Shown: one piece after another, positions 31,059-41,270 of the stretch
How positions within the stretch are numbered: the stretch's first letter is position 1
Layout: each line of letters starts with the position of its first letter
NCBI GenBank assembly: GCA_009787405.1
Contig: WRGA01000124.1
Span: 9,706 to 73,705 of the forward strand
DNA from: Candidatus Azobacteroides sp.
GTDB lineage: Bacteria; Bacteroidota; Bacteroidia; Bacteroidales; WRGA01
Direction: 5' to 3'
DNA length: 64,000 bases
Notes under the pieces: model-generated
The model's input: the letters and a program-made list of their open reading frames with translations, nothing else
What the model was told of the DNA's origin: nothing
Database searches by the model: none
Made by a program: the position numbers and the translations under genes

Positions 31059-32246
31059 ATGAATGCTGAAAATAAAATCAAACAAGAAGTCGAAACGATT
31101 TATCCTGAAATAATAGAAATCTACCGGCATCTTCATCAATATCCGGAACTATCTTATCACGAAAAAAAAACATCCGGGTTCATCCGTGACTTTTTAGACA
31201 ATGAAAACATTCCTTATCGTTCTGATATAGGAGGTTACGGTATTCTGGCACGAATCGAAGGGAAAAACCCTTCTTCCGGAACAATCGCATTGCGGGCGGA
31301 TATGGATGCTTTACCCATTGGGGAAGAAAACGACATCCCGTACAAATCACAAAATGAGGGCATCATGCATGCCTGCGGACACGACACGCATATAGCATCT
31401 TTACTGGGAACGGCAAAGATTCTCAAGAATATGCGGGATGAATTTTCGGGAACGATCCTGTTGATTTTCCAACCGGGAGAAGAACAACATCCGGGTGGAG
31501 CCCTCCTGATGCTTGAAGACCATATTTTTGAAGGATGCGAACCGGAATTGATCATTGCACAACATTCGTTTATGGACTTGCCTTGCGGAACGGTCGGATT
31601 TAGATCGGGAACGGTTATGGCTTCGGCAGACGAAGTTCATCTGGTCATGAAAGGAAAAGGAGGACATGCCGCCATGCCTCATCTACTGAACGACACCGTG
31701 TTGGCAGCGTCGCAATTGATCGTATCCATGCAACAAGTTGTCAGCCGGAGATCCAATCCGTTTAAACCCATGGTGCTTTCTTTCGGAAAATTCATTGCTG
31801 CCGGAGCCACCAACATCATCCCGAACGAGGTATATATTTCCGGCACGCTCCGATGCATGGATGAAGAAGAAAGGGCGAAAGCCAAAGAAAGCATTTTAGA
31901 AACGGCAGCCGGTACGGCAAAAGCATACGGTTGTGTTTGCGATATCGAAATAAAACACGGCTATCCTACAGTTGTCAACCATCCGGAAATAACGGAAAAA
32001 GCCGCCCGATTTGCAGAAGAATTTTTGGGAAAAGAAAAAGTTGTCGAATATCCGGTAAGGATGACCAGTGAAGATTTCGGATTTTTCTCGCAAAAATATC
32101 CGTCTGTTTTTTATCGTTTCGGAGTAAGGGGAAAAAACAATCTTTCCAACGGAAGCTTACACACCCCGACCTTTTTAATTGACGAAGAAGCTTTAAAAAC
32201 AAGCGTAGGAACATTAGCTTACATCGCCGTACAATTTTCGGCTTAA
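31059..32246 (+). CDS. M20D amidohydrolase
   Basis: HQYPELS, LRADMDALP, MHACGHD, FQPGEE, GGHAA, SEDF. Confidence 0.93.
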   Translation: MNAENKIKQEVETIYPEIIEIYRHLHQYPELSYHEKKTSGFIRDFLDNENIPYRSDIGGYGILARIEGKNPSSGTIALRADMDALPIGEENDIPYKSQNEGIMHACGHDTHIASLLGTAKILKNMRDEFSGTILLIFQPGEEQHPGGALLMLEDHIFEGCEPELIIAQHSFMDLPCGTVGFRSGTVMASADEVHLVMKGKGGHAAMPHLLNDTVLAASQLIVSMQQVVSRRSNPFKPMVLSFGKFIAAGATNIIPNEVYISGTLRCMDEEERAKAKESILETAAGTAKAYGCVCDIEIKHGYPTVVNHPEITEKAARFAEEFLGKEKVVEYPVRMTSEDFGFFSQKYPSVFYRFGVRGKNNLSNGSLHTPTFLIDEEALKTSVGTLAYIAVQFSA

Positions 32247-32282
32247 ACCGCTCAAAATAAACCGGCGTTCAACAAATGTGAA

Positions 32283-32343
32283 AGTTAAAAATTAAAAGTC
32301 GGGAATCGGTATGAGCATATTCCTTGACTTTTAATTTTTAACT
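32283..32343. terminator. Bidirectional hairpin between convergent genes
   Basis: AGTTAAAATTAAAAGTCGGGAAT...ATTCCTTGACTTTTAATTTTTAACT. Confidence 0.55.
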
Positions 32344-32357
32344 CTTCCTCCTATCGA

Positions 32358-32579
32358 TTAATATTCTTCCTCGTTGAAAAAGAAATCTTCTTTACTGGGA
32401 TAATCCGGCCAAATATCTTCCATGCATTCATAAACCTCTCCCTCATCTTCCATTTCCTGCAAATTTTCTATCACTTCAAGTGGAGCTCCCGAACGAATAG
32501 CATAATCAATTAACTCATCTTTTGTTGCAGGCCAAGGAGCATCTTCCAATTTAGACGCCAATTCCAATGTCCAATACAT
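32358..32579 (-). CDS. DUF2795 protein
   Basis: MYWTLELASKLEDAPWPATKDELIDYA, the highly conserved Bacteroidota 73-mer. Confidence 0.92.
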   Translation of the reverse strand: MYWTLELASKLEDAPWPATKDELIDYAIRSGAPLEVIENLQEMEDEGEVYECMEDIWPDYPSKEDFFFNEEEY

Positions 32580-32656
32580 AATAAGTTCCTCAAATTTTAA
32601 ATGGTTGTTTTACAGTATGTTTTTCAAAAAGGAGTGCAAAAATAAAATAAAAATAT

Positions 32657-33214
32657 TTACTTACAAACCTTCTGCCAAAATATTTCATCTACCGAATGAT
32701 CTTGGTTCTCTTTTCTTGCCAAAATATAAAAATAATCCGACAGTCGGTTAATAAAAACAAAAGGATTTTCATCCTGCAATGAAAAATGCTCCGACAATGA
32801 GGTCATGCAACGTTCGGCCCTGCGACAAACCGACCGGCAAACATGAGACAATGCGGCTGACTTAGTTCCGCCCGGAAGAATAAAATCATTCACCGGGGGT
32901 AATTCTTCATCCATCCGATCAATTTGCTGCTCGATTAAAGCAATGTCATTTCCCCAAATACGACTTTCGGGAAGCACATCCGTCCTTTCGGTATCTGTAG
33001 CCAAATAAGAACCGATTACAAACAGTTTTTGCTGGATAAAATCCAAAAAACCGGAGGTTTCTTTTTCTTCAATTTCGGTTTTCAACAATCCGATGAATCC
33101 GCTCAATTCATCAATTGTGCCGTAAGCATCCAATCGGATATGATTTTTTGCGACCCGGGTACCTCCGATCAAACCGGTTGTTCCTTTATCCCCTGTTTTG
33201 GTGTAGATTTTCAT
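32657..33214 (-). CDS. Cob(I)alamin adenosyltransferase, PduO type
   Basis: KIYTKTGDKGTT, YGTIDEL, FILPGG, CRRAER, NRLSDY. Confidence 0.93.
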   Translation of the reverse strand: MKIYTKTGDKGTTGLIGGTRVAKNHIRLDAYGTIDELSGFIGLLKTEIEEKETSGFLDFIQQKLFVIGSYLATDTERTDVLPESRIWGNDIALIEQQIDRMDEELPPVNDFILPGGTKSAALSHVCRSVCRRAERCMTSLSEHFSLQDENPFVFINRLSDYFYILARKENQDHSVDEIFWQKVCK

Positions 33215-33231
33215 AGAATAATATTTTAAAA

Positions 33232-33954
33232 TTAAAAATAAAGCCGATAATTTTCCTTATTCAATTTTGAAGAAAAAAAAGCAATACCGAATTGTTTCAA
33301 ATCCAACGTTACTGAAACTCCGGGATAATCACATATTTTCTTCCAGTATAAATTCAATGCCCGGGACGAAGAAATATCTTCGACAATAAGCAATGAGTCA
33401 TTGTGTAATTTTGGCGAGACCATAGAAAAAAAATCATCAACGGACATATCCCCATTCCCTGAAAGATATAAAATATCAACAGATGCAATACCGGATAAGA
33501 ATTGTTCTGCGTCAACAACAGAATCAACAGTTTTTAATCCGGATAATTTAACGGAAAGAATTTCCGCTGTACTTTCAACCGCAGGAATAAGATCGAAAGA
33601 TAAATTTATAATATAAACCGATGCGTTAGCATTTGGAGTGGTCAAATAAATGGACGGCAAAGCGGAAGAATTTCCGATTTCAAGAATAACAGATGATTTG
33701 ACATAATTTGCAATTCTAAACAGTAGCCGGTAATATTTCCGAGACTTTATTCGAAGTGGATAATGCTGTCTTTTTAAAGTCCGTCTTATGTTGTCTAATT
33801 TTTGAAAAGAATAATATGCAGAATTACAATTCAAAACTTTTGTGATAAAATTAAACACAAAAGGAGAATGAACCCCAAATCCTTTTTTTGTTTTCAATCG
33901 AAAAAGGGGGTCTAAAAAAATGAAGGGCTTTTTTTTCTGCATAACAGAAATCAT
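33232..33954 (-). CDS. Class I SAM-methyltransferase-like protein (divergent)
   Basis: GFGVHSPFVF N-terminal motif; ILEIGNSS motif I variant. Confidence 0.65.
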   Translation of the reverse strand: MISVMQKKKPFIFLDPLFRLKTKKGFGVHSPFVFNFITKVLNCNSAYYSFQKLDNIRRTLKRQHYPLRIKSRKYYRLLFRIANYVKSSVILEIGNSSALPSIYLTTPNANASVYIINLSFDLIPAVESTAEILSVKLSGLKTVDSVVDAEQFLSGIASVDILYLSGNGDMSVDDFFSMVSPKLHNDSLLIVEDISSSRALNLYWKKICDYPGVSVTLDLKQFGIAFFSSKLNKENYRLYF

Positions 33955-33961
33955 AAAAGCA

Positions 33962-34219
33962 TTAATTCTGTATTTCTTTTGTTTTGAGGGTTCCTATCTT
34001 TTGAATCAAATTTTTCTTTTTGTCAAAGATTCCGATTTCTTTTCCTCTCAAATATTGGATACAACTAAAAAGAAGATACGCAACCAAGCCTTCGTCAATA
34101 TTTCCGATAAAGGGAATATTGTCCGGAATAATTTCAAAAAGACCGGCAGCAGGATTCAACAAATACAAGAAACAAATTATCCCCAATAAAATCACCATTA
34201 ATTTTTTTATATTTTTCAC
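33962..34219 (-). CDS. DUF1232/YkvA small membrane protein
   Basis: YLLNP...IIPDNIPFIGNIDE; start uncertain (GTG 34219 or ATG 34198/34237). Confidence 0.75.
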   Translation of the reverse strand: MKNIKKLMVILLGIICFLYLLNPAAGLFEIIPDNIPFIGNIDEGLVAYLLFSCIQYLRGKEIGIFDKKKNLIQKIGTLKTKEIQN

Positions 34220-34406
34220 GCCTCTAAAATTAAACATTAGAATTCTCTTTTGAACTTTACAGAGCATTAGAGCCCATAAAGTTATATAAAAATATCGGAT
34301 AAATCAATTAAAAATCAACCTCAAAACAAAGTTTTATTTTTCTCAAATCCTCATCTAACCCTGTCATAAAGGGGCTTGAAACAACAAAGACTCTCAATCC
34401 ACGAGC

Positions 34407-34420
34407 GTTCCACGTGGAAC
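34407..34420. promoter_or_regulatory. parS site 1
   Basis: Perfect palindrome GTTCCACGTGGAAC matching the bacterial parS consensus. Confidence 0.85.
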
Positions 34421-34655
34421 TCATTCGGAAACAACAGCTCATGAATGCAAGATAATATTTCGATTTATAAAGTGTTTGAATTCATAGAATGCAAGCCATA
34501 CAATAAATATCCGCTTTTAATTCCTTACTGACAACATCAGCATAGCGTGATCTCATCCGATGTTTCCTTCCGAAGAACTTAAACAAGAAGTATTATTGTC
34601 ATTTGAAAACTATATTGATTCTTTTGCCTGTAAATCTACATACATATAATTGAAA

Positions 34656-34793
34656 TAAGCACATGACAGCATTTAATGTCTATTATTTCGAACGCAAAGA
34701 AGCAAAACACAAAGTCAAAGAATCTAAACATCGTGTTTTTCTGTTTTTGTCACATGAAATTTAAAATACAAACCGTTTTTTGCGACATACTTA
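34656..34793. mobile_element. MITE-like repeat family, copy 3 (degenerate, full length)
   Basis: TAAGCACATGACAGCATTTAAT...AACGCAAAGAAGCAAA...GCGACATACTTA. Confidence 0.6.
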
Positions 34794-35486
34794 TAAATAT
34801 CAAACAAAAACAATGCATTTATACCAACAAATTTATTAAAAAAAGTACAGAATAGATATAAAATGAACTTGAAAATATCATAAATCTTCTAAAGAATATT
34901 GTCCTTCCCTTCCCCGAGAATTTCACATCTCTATCGGATTATTTTACTTAGATTTACGAAATTCGTACAATTTTATCACACGATTATACCCGATTATCAT
35001 TTATGCAAACCAAGAGTCGGAAACAAGTCAGTTTGAAAAACAGAATTTCAACTGTTGCTGATTTTCAATTCATAATCATAGGTCAGCGCTCTATAAACAA
35101 ACAAAGATATCGAAAATCGCCTGAATCAACAGTCTTCAACTAAGGGAAAAAGGCCAAAACAAAAGCCGGAAACGACAACAAGATAGAACAACCTCACGCC
35201 TTTCGGACAGAAGAAAGACCAAGATTTGCATGCCACAGGTCAATATAACCTGCGGTTATAAAAATTCAGTTCTTTCGGGCTGAAACCGGTAATATTCTAA
35301 CTCTTGATTTGTATAAATAAGTATTTTTAAAAATATAATATTCGCTTATAAAAAATTTGATTTATAAGCGAATTTAAGTGTCATAGATTTAGGCAATTTT
35401 ACAAAAATCAGATTTTACTTTTTGCATAGTGATAATATAATATGGATTGAGGTATAAAAACAAACAACTTTATAATTATTTTTAAA

Positions 35487-35609
35487 TAAGTAGATGACAG
35501 AATTTATTGTACTTTATTTTGAACGAAAAGATGCAAAGGCATAACATAGAGTCGTAAAGAATTTACACTTCACATCTTTCCGTCTCTGCGACATAGTGTT
35601 TAAAATATA
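35487..35609. mobile_element. MITE-like repeat family, copy 4 (degenerate)
   Basis: TAAGTAGATGACAGAATTTA...GATGCAAAG...CTTCACATCTTTCCGTCTCTGCGAC...GTTTAAAATATA. Confidence 0.55.
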
Positions 35610-35716
35610 GGTCGAGCATTCATTAAATAAGGGACTAAAATAGATAAAATACAGCATTAAAAATACACGTAATAAATTGATTTACAGATATTTAATCCCA
35701 TAAGACAGCTTAAAAC

Positions 35717-35730
35717 GTTCCACGTGGAAC
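35717..35730. promoter_or_regulatory. parS site 2
   Basis: GTTCCACGTGGAAC. Confidence 0.85.
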
Positions 35731-35826
35731 TTAAGTAAACGATTAACAATTATTTTTTAACCATATAAATCGACTGTTATATATAGAAGAATATCAGGGC
35801 CTTAAATATCTGGAATTAAACAATTG

Positions 35827-35960
35827 TAAGTAATTGAAAATAACAGATTTTAATCTATCCTATTTCAATCGCAAAGAGGCAAAGGCACAAAGTCTCAAAG
35901 AATCTAAATTCCGCATTTTCCGACTTTGCGTTTAAAATATAAAGTGCTTTTATGAGACAT
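35827..35960. mobile_element. MITE-like repeat family, copy 5 (degenerate)
   Basis: CGCAAAGAGGCAAAGGCACAAAG...GACTTTGCGTTTAAAATATAAA. Confidence 0.55.
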
Positions 35961-37181
35961 AATATTAGTAGAAAAAGTATGAAAATATTATGAGATGATT
36001 TATAAATATTTTAAAATCGGTAACATAGCATAAACGAAATATATGGATAAATCAATATGAGGTTTATCTCAATTTATCAGAGCAAAACTTGAATAATAAC
36101 AATACATTATTTCAATTTAAACCATTACATAATTCAAATCATCATAACAGTGAAGTTAATAAAGCAAAATCATTAGTTATTAACCTATCTCTTTCTTATT
36201 CGATTAAGGTCGAGAATAACATTGTTCCGTTAGAAACAAGGTCAAAGCCCCTCTTACAAACAATAACACAAGGTAACATCTTGTCATGTTCAAAAATTTA
36301 TAAAAAGTTGATAGTAAGATAAAAACTCTACTCTAAAAAAGCAAGCTTAGCAGCTAAACAATCATATATCTAACCAGCCAGCCTTTACTTTTTATTAAAT
36401 TATTGTCAATAAGGGAATAAGAAAGAGTTAGAAGGTAATACCGGAACTACTGAGGGCGCTTCCAGAAAATAAAGTTTTACGAAGTAATTAAAATCTTCCG
36501 AACATGGCCGGGTGATACTCTATGCTATTAATTTAGAAAACTTTCAGACTTAACGACAACTATGATTCAACTCATTATGAAAGCGAGAGATGCAACTTTT
36601 TCCCACTCTTGAGTTATGATTCATTGACTTAAGGTATAATACATTATTCCGAGATAATTAACATTTGCAATAAACACGCAGACAATACAGATGAAACAAG
36701 CAGGTGATAACAAAAGAAATAAATACAAAAATCTACATCCATCCGAATTATCGGTGTTATCTGTATGCTAAAAGGTTTTTTGAACAGTTTCGATTGTAAA
36801 TATTATCATTACAAAAGAAGAAGTAACTATCTATAAATGAGGATAATAAAAATCATGGACTAAAAGTATAACTTTTTAAGAATATACGATAAAAAAGTCT
36901 CATCCTCTCAACATGAATATTAAAATCTCAGAAAGATAAAAGTAGTATAAAATAAAAAACTCAATTCATAATAATATATCACCAACAATTCAAGAAAAAA
37001 TAAAATAATCTGAAATAATCTGAATCAAAATACCCCTTTTCATTATTCAATCAAAAGATAATACTTTGGTAGTGGACGTAAAAAGTATGCCTATTACAAA
37101 AGACATATAATCAATCAGTTAGTATTGAATTAACTACTACTTACAATTATCTTAATAGTCCGGATTAGTCACATCTACAAG

Positions 37182-37224
37182 CCCTTATTCCCTTATTATC
37201 AATCATTTAATAAGGGAATAAGGG
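37182..37224. repeat. Perfect 17 bp inverted repeat built of AATAAGGG octamers
   Basis: CCCTTATTCCCTTATTA...TAATAAGGGAATAAGGG; half copy at 36408-36421. Confidence 0.6.
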
Positions 37225-37429
37225 AAAAAATAGAACGCTGTTTCTTTGCTGCTAAGGGTGATAAGGCAAGTTAAATCATTGTTCGCCGACAAATCAAGCA
37301 CACTTTTTACATCACCACCAATACTTTTAAAATTCAGCCTTTAAATTTAATATGCAAAACTAAGAATAAAAACATTGTAATAACTTAAAATTCAACTATT
37401 TACACTAAATTTGCCATAAAAAATGATCT

Positions 37430-37535
37430 TACTTCAAACGCCGGTTGTAAAGATGAAAAGACGCAAAGTTTAAATTCTTTGTGATTTCGTGTCTCCACAT
37501 CCTATCTTCATAGTTAAAATAACAGATATTAAATT
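37430..37535. mobile_element. MITE-like repeat family, copy 6 (degenerate, reverse)
   Basis: AAAGATGAAAAGACGCAAAGTTTAAATTCTTTGTGA matches 26796-26829 and 47825-47860. Confidence 0.5.
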
Positions 37536-37631
37536 TAGAACATCATCTTAGTCTTGATAACATACACTGCAGGCTTGATACTATATCTTCCACATATAAT
37601 ATCTTTATCTAAACGCAGTATATTTTAATAG

Positions 37632-38039
37632 ATACGAAATATTGAGGGAATAATTCCGGGAGAACTGTTTTCAGAAAGTGGTGCACAAAACATATTCTTT
37701 GGTACAAATTTATCTGTTATGAGATACTTGTCGATTAAGGAAGAATTTGATTGGTTTGAAAATCTCAAACTTAAAATAGAGAATATCATATACAGCATAA
37801 GAGAAATATTTTACAATCCAAATGTAGCCATATCATTAATAGCAAATTGGGCAGCACTGTCAAACATATAATCTAAAACTGCCGGTCTTCGTTTAATTAT
37901 TTTCGATACCGGTTTGTTTACCGATGCAGATAAAAAATATTTTTCGAACTCTCTTGAAGCATGATACAAACAAGTAGGATATTTTCCTGAAGAAATACAC
38001 ACGCAATTAGAGTGCAGGAGAAAGTCATTGCATCCATAA
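37632..38039 (+). pseudogene. Possible decayed gene remnant
   Basis: One frame reads protein-like (IEGIIPGELFSESG...NWAALSNI*SKTAGLRLIIFDTGLFTDADKKYF...) across two in-frame stops; family not recognised. Confidence 0.25.
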
Positions 38040-38690
38040 ATGGCACGAAGCACCTATCTGAATTTGAAGTGTAATACGCTTTATCTGTAAGGATGACATG
38101 ATCAAGATCATCAGGTCAAACACAAGCAACTATTGGAAGGTCTATTTATCAACCTGAAAACGAACATAAGAAATCAACCCGGATTTTTTCAAGAACGAAG
38201 AAAAAATTCACCGGCAAGTTGTCTTAAAGCGTGAGCAAGAAGATAGTCGAAAGTATTCACTTTTGAGAATTGAATAGTTGAAATCAAATCCGGATAAGCA
38301 TCCAAATAAAAGAGTATTGAAAAATACTTTTGACGCACTTCTCTATGTTCAGTTTTGTATATTAAGTTCTTTCATCCGATCAATTTAGAACGAAAAAGAA
38401 GAAAAATTTGAAAAAATCAATGATTTTGCCGTTAGCGAATGGAATGAAATGAAAAATCAGTGATATGCATTCGCAAACAGCAAAAATCCACAAAAAGTAA
38501 AAAATCTACCGAAAATCATAAAAAAGATAAGGATAAAAAATCGTCCGGTTATTATAGCCATCAAATCAACGCCCATAAAAATATATACCTACATTCTTTC
38601 AAATTCATCGAAACGGCTCCAATAAACTAATTCTGCGTCCAAATTCATATCTTTGCAAAATAAAAAGAAATTATTTTAAAGAAAATAAGC

Positions 38691-40565
38691 ATGAAATTCA
38701 AGTATGATGTAATTGTTGTCGGAGCAGGACACGCCGGATGCGAAGCGGCTCATGCCTCGGCAAAGTTGGGGTCTCAAACATTATTGATAACAATGGACAT
38801 GCACAAGATCGCTCAAATGAGTTGCAACCCGGCCATGGGAGGTATCGCCAAAGGACAAATAGTACGTGAAATTGATGCACTGGGTGGTCAATCCGGAATT
38901 ATTACGGATAAAACAGCCATTCAATTCCGGATGTTGAATCGTTCAAAAGGCCCTGCCATGTGGAGTCCGAGGTCTCAAAGCGACCGGCAGAAATTCAGCG
39001 AGTTGTGGAGAAATACATTGGAAAACACCGACAATTTATTTATATGGCAAGATGTTGTCAACGAGCTGATCATAAAGGAGAATAAAATAGAAGGAGTAAA
39101 AACCGGCATGGGCGTAACATTCGAAGCGCGGTCTGTAATATTAACTACCGGAACTTTTATGAACGGACTCATTCATATCGGAAAAACACAAATCAAAGGA
39201 GGACGAATCTCAGAACCTATGTCTACCGGTATTACCGAACAATTGGTCAATTTAGGGTTTACTGCCGGAAGAATGAAAACCGGCACACCGGTCAGAATCG
39301 ACGGAAGAACTATAGACTTCAGTCTTACCGACGAACAAAAGGGAGAAAATGATTTTCACAAGTTTTCCTATCTGGATTATCCTCATCGAGCATTAAAACA
39401 ACTCAGTTGTCGGATTCTTTATACAAATGAAGAGGTGCACGAATGCCTTCGCTCAGGATTAAAAGAATCCCCCTTATACAACGGTCAAATTCAAAGTGTC
39501 GGGCCAAGATATTGCCCGAGTATCGAAACAAAAATTGTAACTTTTGCCGACAAAACACAACATCAACTGTTTTTGGAACCTGAAGGAGAAACAACACAAG
39601 AATATTATCTGAACGGTTTTTCGTCATCTCTCCCACTCGATATTCAATTAAAAGCATTACAAAAAATTCCGGCATTCAAGAATATTCAAATCTATCGCCC
39701 GGGATACGCCATAGAATACGACTACTTTGATCCGACACAACTTTATCACAATCTCGAAACCAAACAAATAAAAAATTTATTTTTCGCGGGACAAATCAAC
39801 GGCACGACCGGATATGAAGAAGCAGCAGGGCAAGGAATCATTGCCGGAATAAACGCACACCTCAAAAGTCACGGAGAAGGAGAGTTCACATTAAAAAGAA
39901 ACGAAGCGTATATCGGAGTGCTTATTGACGATTTGGTAACAAAAGGAGTCGACGAACCTTATCGAATGTTTACATCAAGAGCCGAGTTCAGAATGTTATT
40001 ACGACAGGATGATGCTGACATGAGATTAACAGAAAAATCATATAAAATAGGGTTAGTCGAAAAAAATAGATATGAGTTGTTGCTCGAAAAAAAAGAAGAA
40101 ATAAACAAAATTATAAACACAACAAAAAACATTATCCTAAAACCGGAAAAAATAAACGCCGCATTAGAAGTATTAAAAACAACTCCGATTAAACAACCCA
40201 CAAAATTAATTTCCTTATTAACGAGACCACAAATCACAATCGAAAACATAAAAAATCACATCCCTGATTTAGCCCAACAAATTGAAAAAATTCCAAATCG
40301 AAAGGAAGAAATTACAGAAGCAAGTGAAATTATCATCAAATATTCAGGGTACATTGAACGCGAAAAATTGATTGCGGAAAAAGCCTCAAGATTAGAAAAT
40401 ATCAAAATAAAAGGAAAATTTGAATACAATAATATCCAATCTTTATCCACCGAAGCTCGTCAAAAATTAAATAAAATTCAACCGGAAACCATTGCTCAAG
40501 CAAGCAGAATACCGGGAGTATCTCCGAATGACATCAACGTTTTGTTAGTTTTATTAGGAAGATAA
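38691..40565 (+). CDS. mnmG: tRNA U34 carboxymethylaminomethyl modification enzyme MnmG (GidA)
   Basis: VVGAGHAGCEAA, MSCNPAMGG, GPRYCPSIE, AGQINGTTGYEEAA, EPYRMFTSRAE. Confidence 0.97.
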   Translation: MKFKYDVIVVGAGHAGCEAAHASAKLGSQTLLITMDMHKIAQMSCNPAMGGIAKGQIVREIDALGGQSGIITDKTAIQFRMLNRSKGPAMWSPRSQSDRQKFSELWRNTLENTDNLFIWQDVVNELIIKENKIEGVKTGMGVTFEARSVILTTGTFMNGLIHIGKTQIKGGRISEPMSTGITEQLVNLGFTAGRMKTGTPVRIDGRTIDFSLTDEQKGENDFHKFSYLDYPHRALKQLSCRILYTNEEVHECLRSGLKESPLYNGQIQSVGPRYCPSIETKIVTFADKTQHQLFLEPEGETTQEYYLNGFSSSLPLDIQLKALQKIPAFKNIQIYRPGYAIEYDYFDPTQLYHNLETKQIKNLFFAGQINGTTGYEEAAGQGIIAGINAHLKSHGEGEFTLKRNEAYIGVLIDDLVTKGVDEPYRMFTSRAEFRMLLRQDDADMRLTEKSYKIGLVEKNRYELLLEKKEEINKIINTTKNIILKPEKINAALEVLKTTPIKQPTKLISLLTRPQITIENIKNHIPDLAQQIEKIPNRKEEITEASEIIIKYSGYIEREKLIAEKASRLENIKIKGKFEYNNIQSLSTEARQKLNKIQPETIAQASRIPGVSPNDINVLLVLLGR

Positions 40566-40570
40566 ATCGT

Positions 40571-40588
40571 TCGTTCCACGTGGAACGA
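40571..40588. promoter_or_regulatory. parS site 3
   Basis: 18 bp palindrome TCGTTCCACGTGGAACGA just after the mnmG stop. Confidence 0.85.
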
Positions 40589-40701
40589 GTAAAATTATCT
40601 CTCAAAAAAGACTGAAAAATCAATAAAAAAGAATACTTTTGTCAAAATTTCAAAAAAAAATTCGCGAAATCTGACGAAACATCATTAGTAAAAACATCAT
40701 C

Positions 40702-40717
40702 AGTTCCACGTGGAACT
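40702..40717. promoter_or_regulatory. parS site 4
   Basis: AGTTCCACGTGGAACT, ending 10 bp before the apt ATG. Confidence 0.85.
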
Positions 40718-40726
40718 TCAAAAAAA

Positions 40727-41257
40727 ATGAACACAGACACAATCAAAAAGACAGTCCGAAACGTTCCGGATTACCCTCAAAAAGGCATTATGTTCAGGGA
40801 TTTAACAACTGTATTTAAGGATGCGGAATGCTTACATTTCTTATCAGAATGGATGTATAAAGAATACAAAGACAAAGGAATCACGAAAATTATCGGAATA
40901 GAATCAAGAGGGTTTATTATGGGCCCTATTTTAGCTACGAAGCTAAATGCGGGATTTGTTCCCATTCGAAAAAACGGAAAACTCCCGGCTGAGACCATCA
41001 AAGAGTTTTACAACAAAGAATACGGAACCGATACAATGGAAATTCATAAAGATGCCCTAAACGAAAATGACATCGTGCTAATACATGACGATTTGTTGGC
41101 AACAGGAGGAACAATGCAAGCGGCATACAATCTCGTAAAAAAATTTAACATAAAAGAGATTTACATGAACTTCATCCTTGAACTGACAGCCCTAAAAGGA
41201 CGTGAAACTTTAAACAGTGAAATCAACGATAAAATAACAAGTTTGATTCAATACTAA
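40727..41257 (+). CDS. apt: Adenine phosphoribosyltransferase
   Basis: PDYPQKGIMFRD, IESRGF, RKNGKLP, DDLLATGGT. Confidence 0.95.
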   Translation: MNTDTIKKTVRNVPDYPQKGIMFRDLTTVFKDAECLHFLSEWMYKEYKDKGITKIIGIESRGFIMGPILATKLNAGFVPIRKNGKLPAETIKEFYNKEYGTDTMEIHKDALNENDIVLIHDDLLATGGTMQAAYNLVKKFNIKEIYMNFILELTALKGRETLNSEINDKITSLIQY

Positions 41258-41270
41258 ACCGAATTATCCC

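Noticed and set aside
36089-36322. 77 aa ORF in the gene desert (also 37811-38053 on the minus strand)
   Set aside because: Weak start, composition mirrors the AT-rich background, no recognisable family.
34268-38690. oriC upstream of mnmG/gidA as in many bacteria
   Set aside because: Only scattered DnaA-box-like matches; the trmH-nadA gap has a denser box cluster and trio/AT-rich layout. Not fully excluded.
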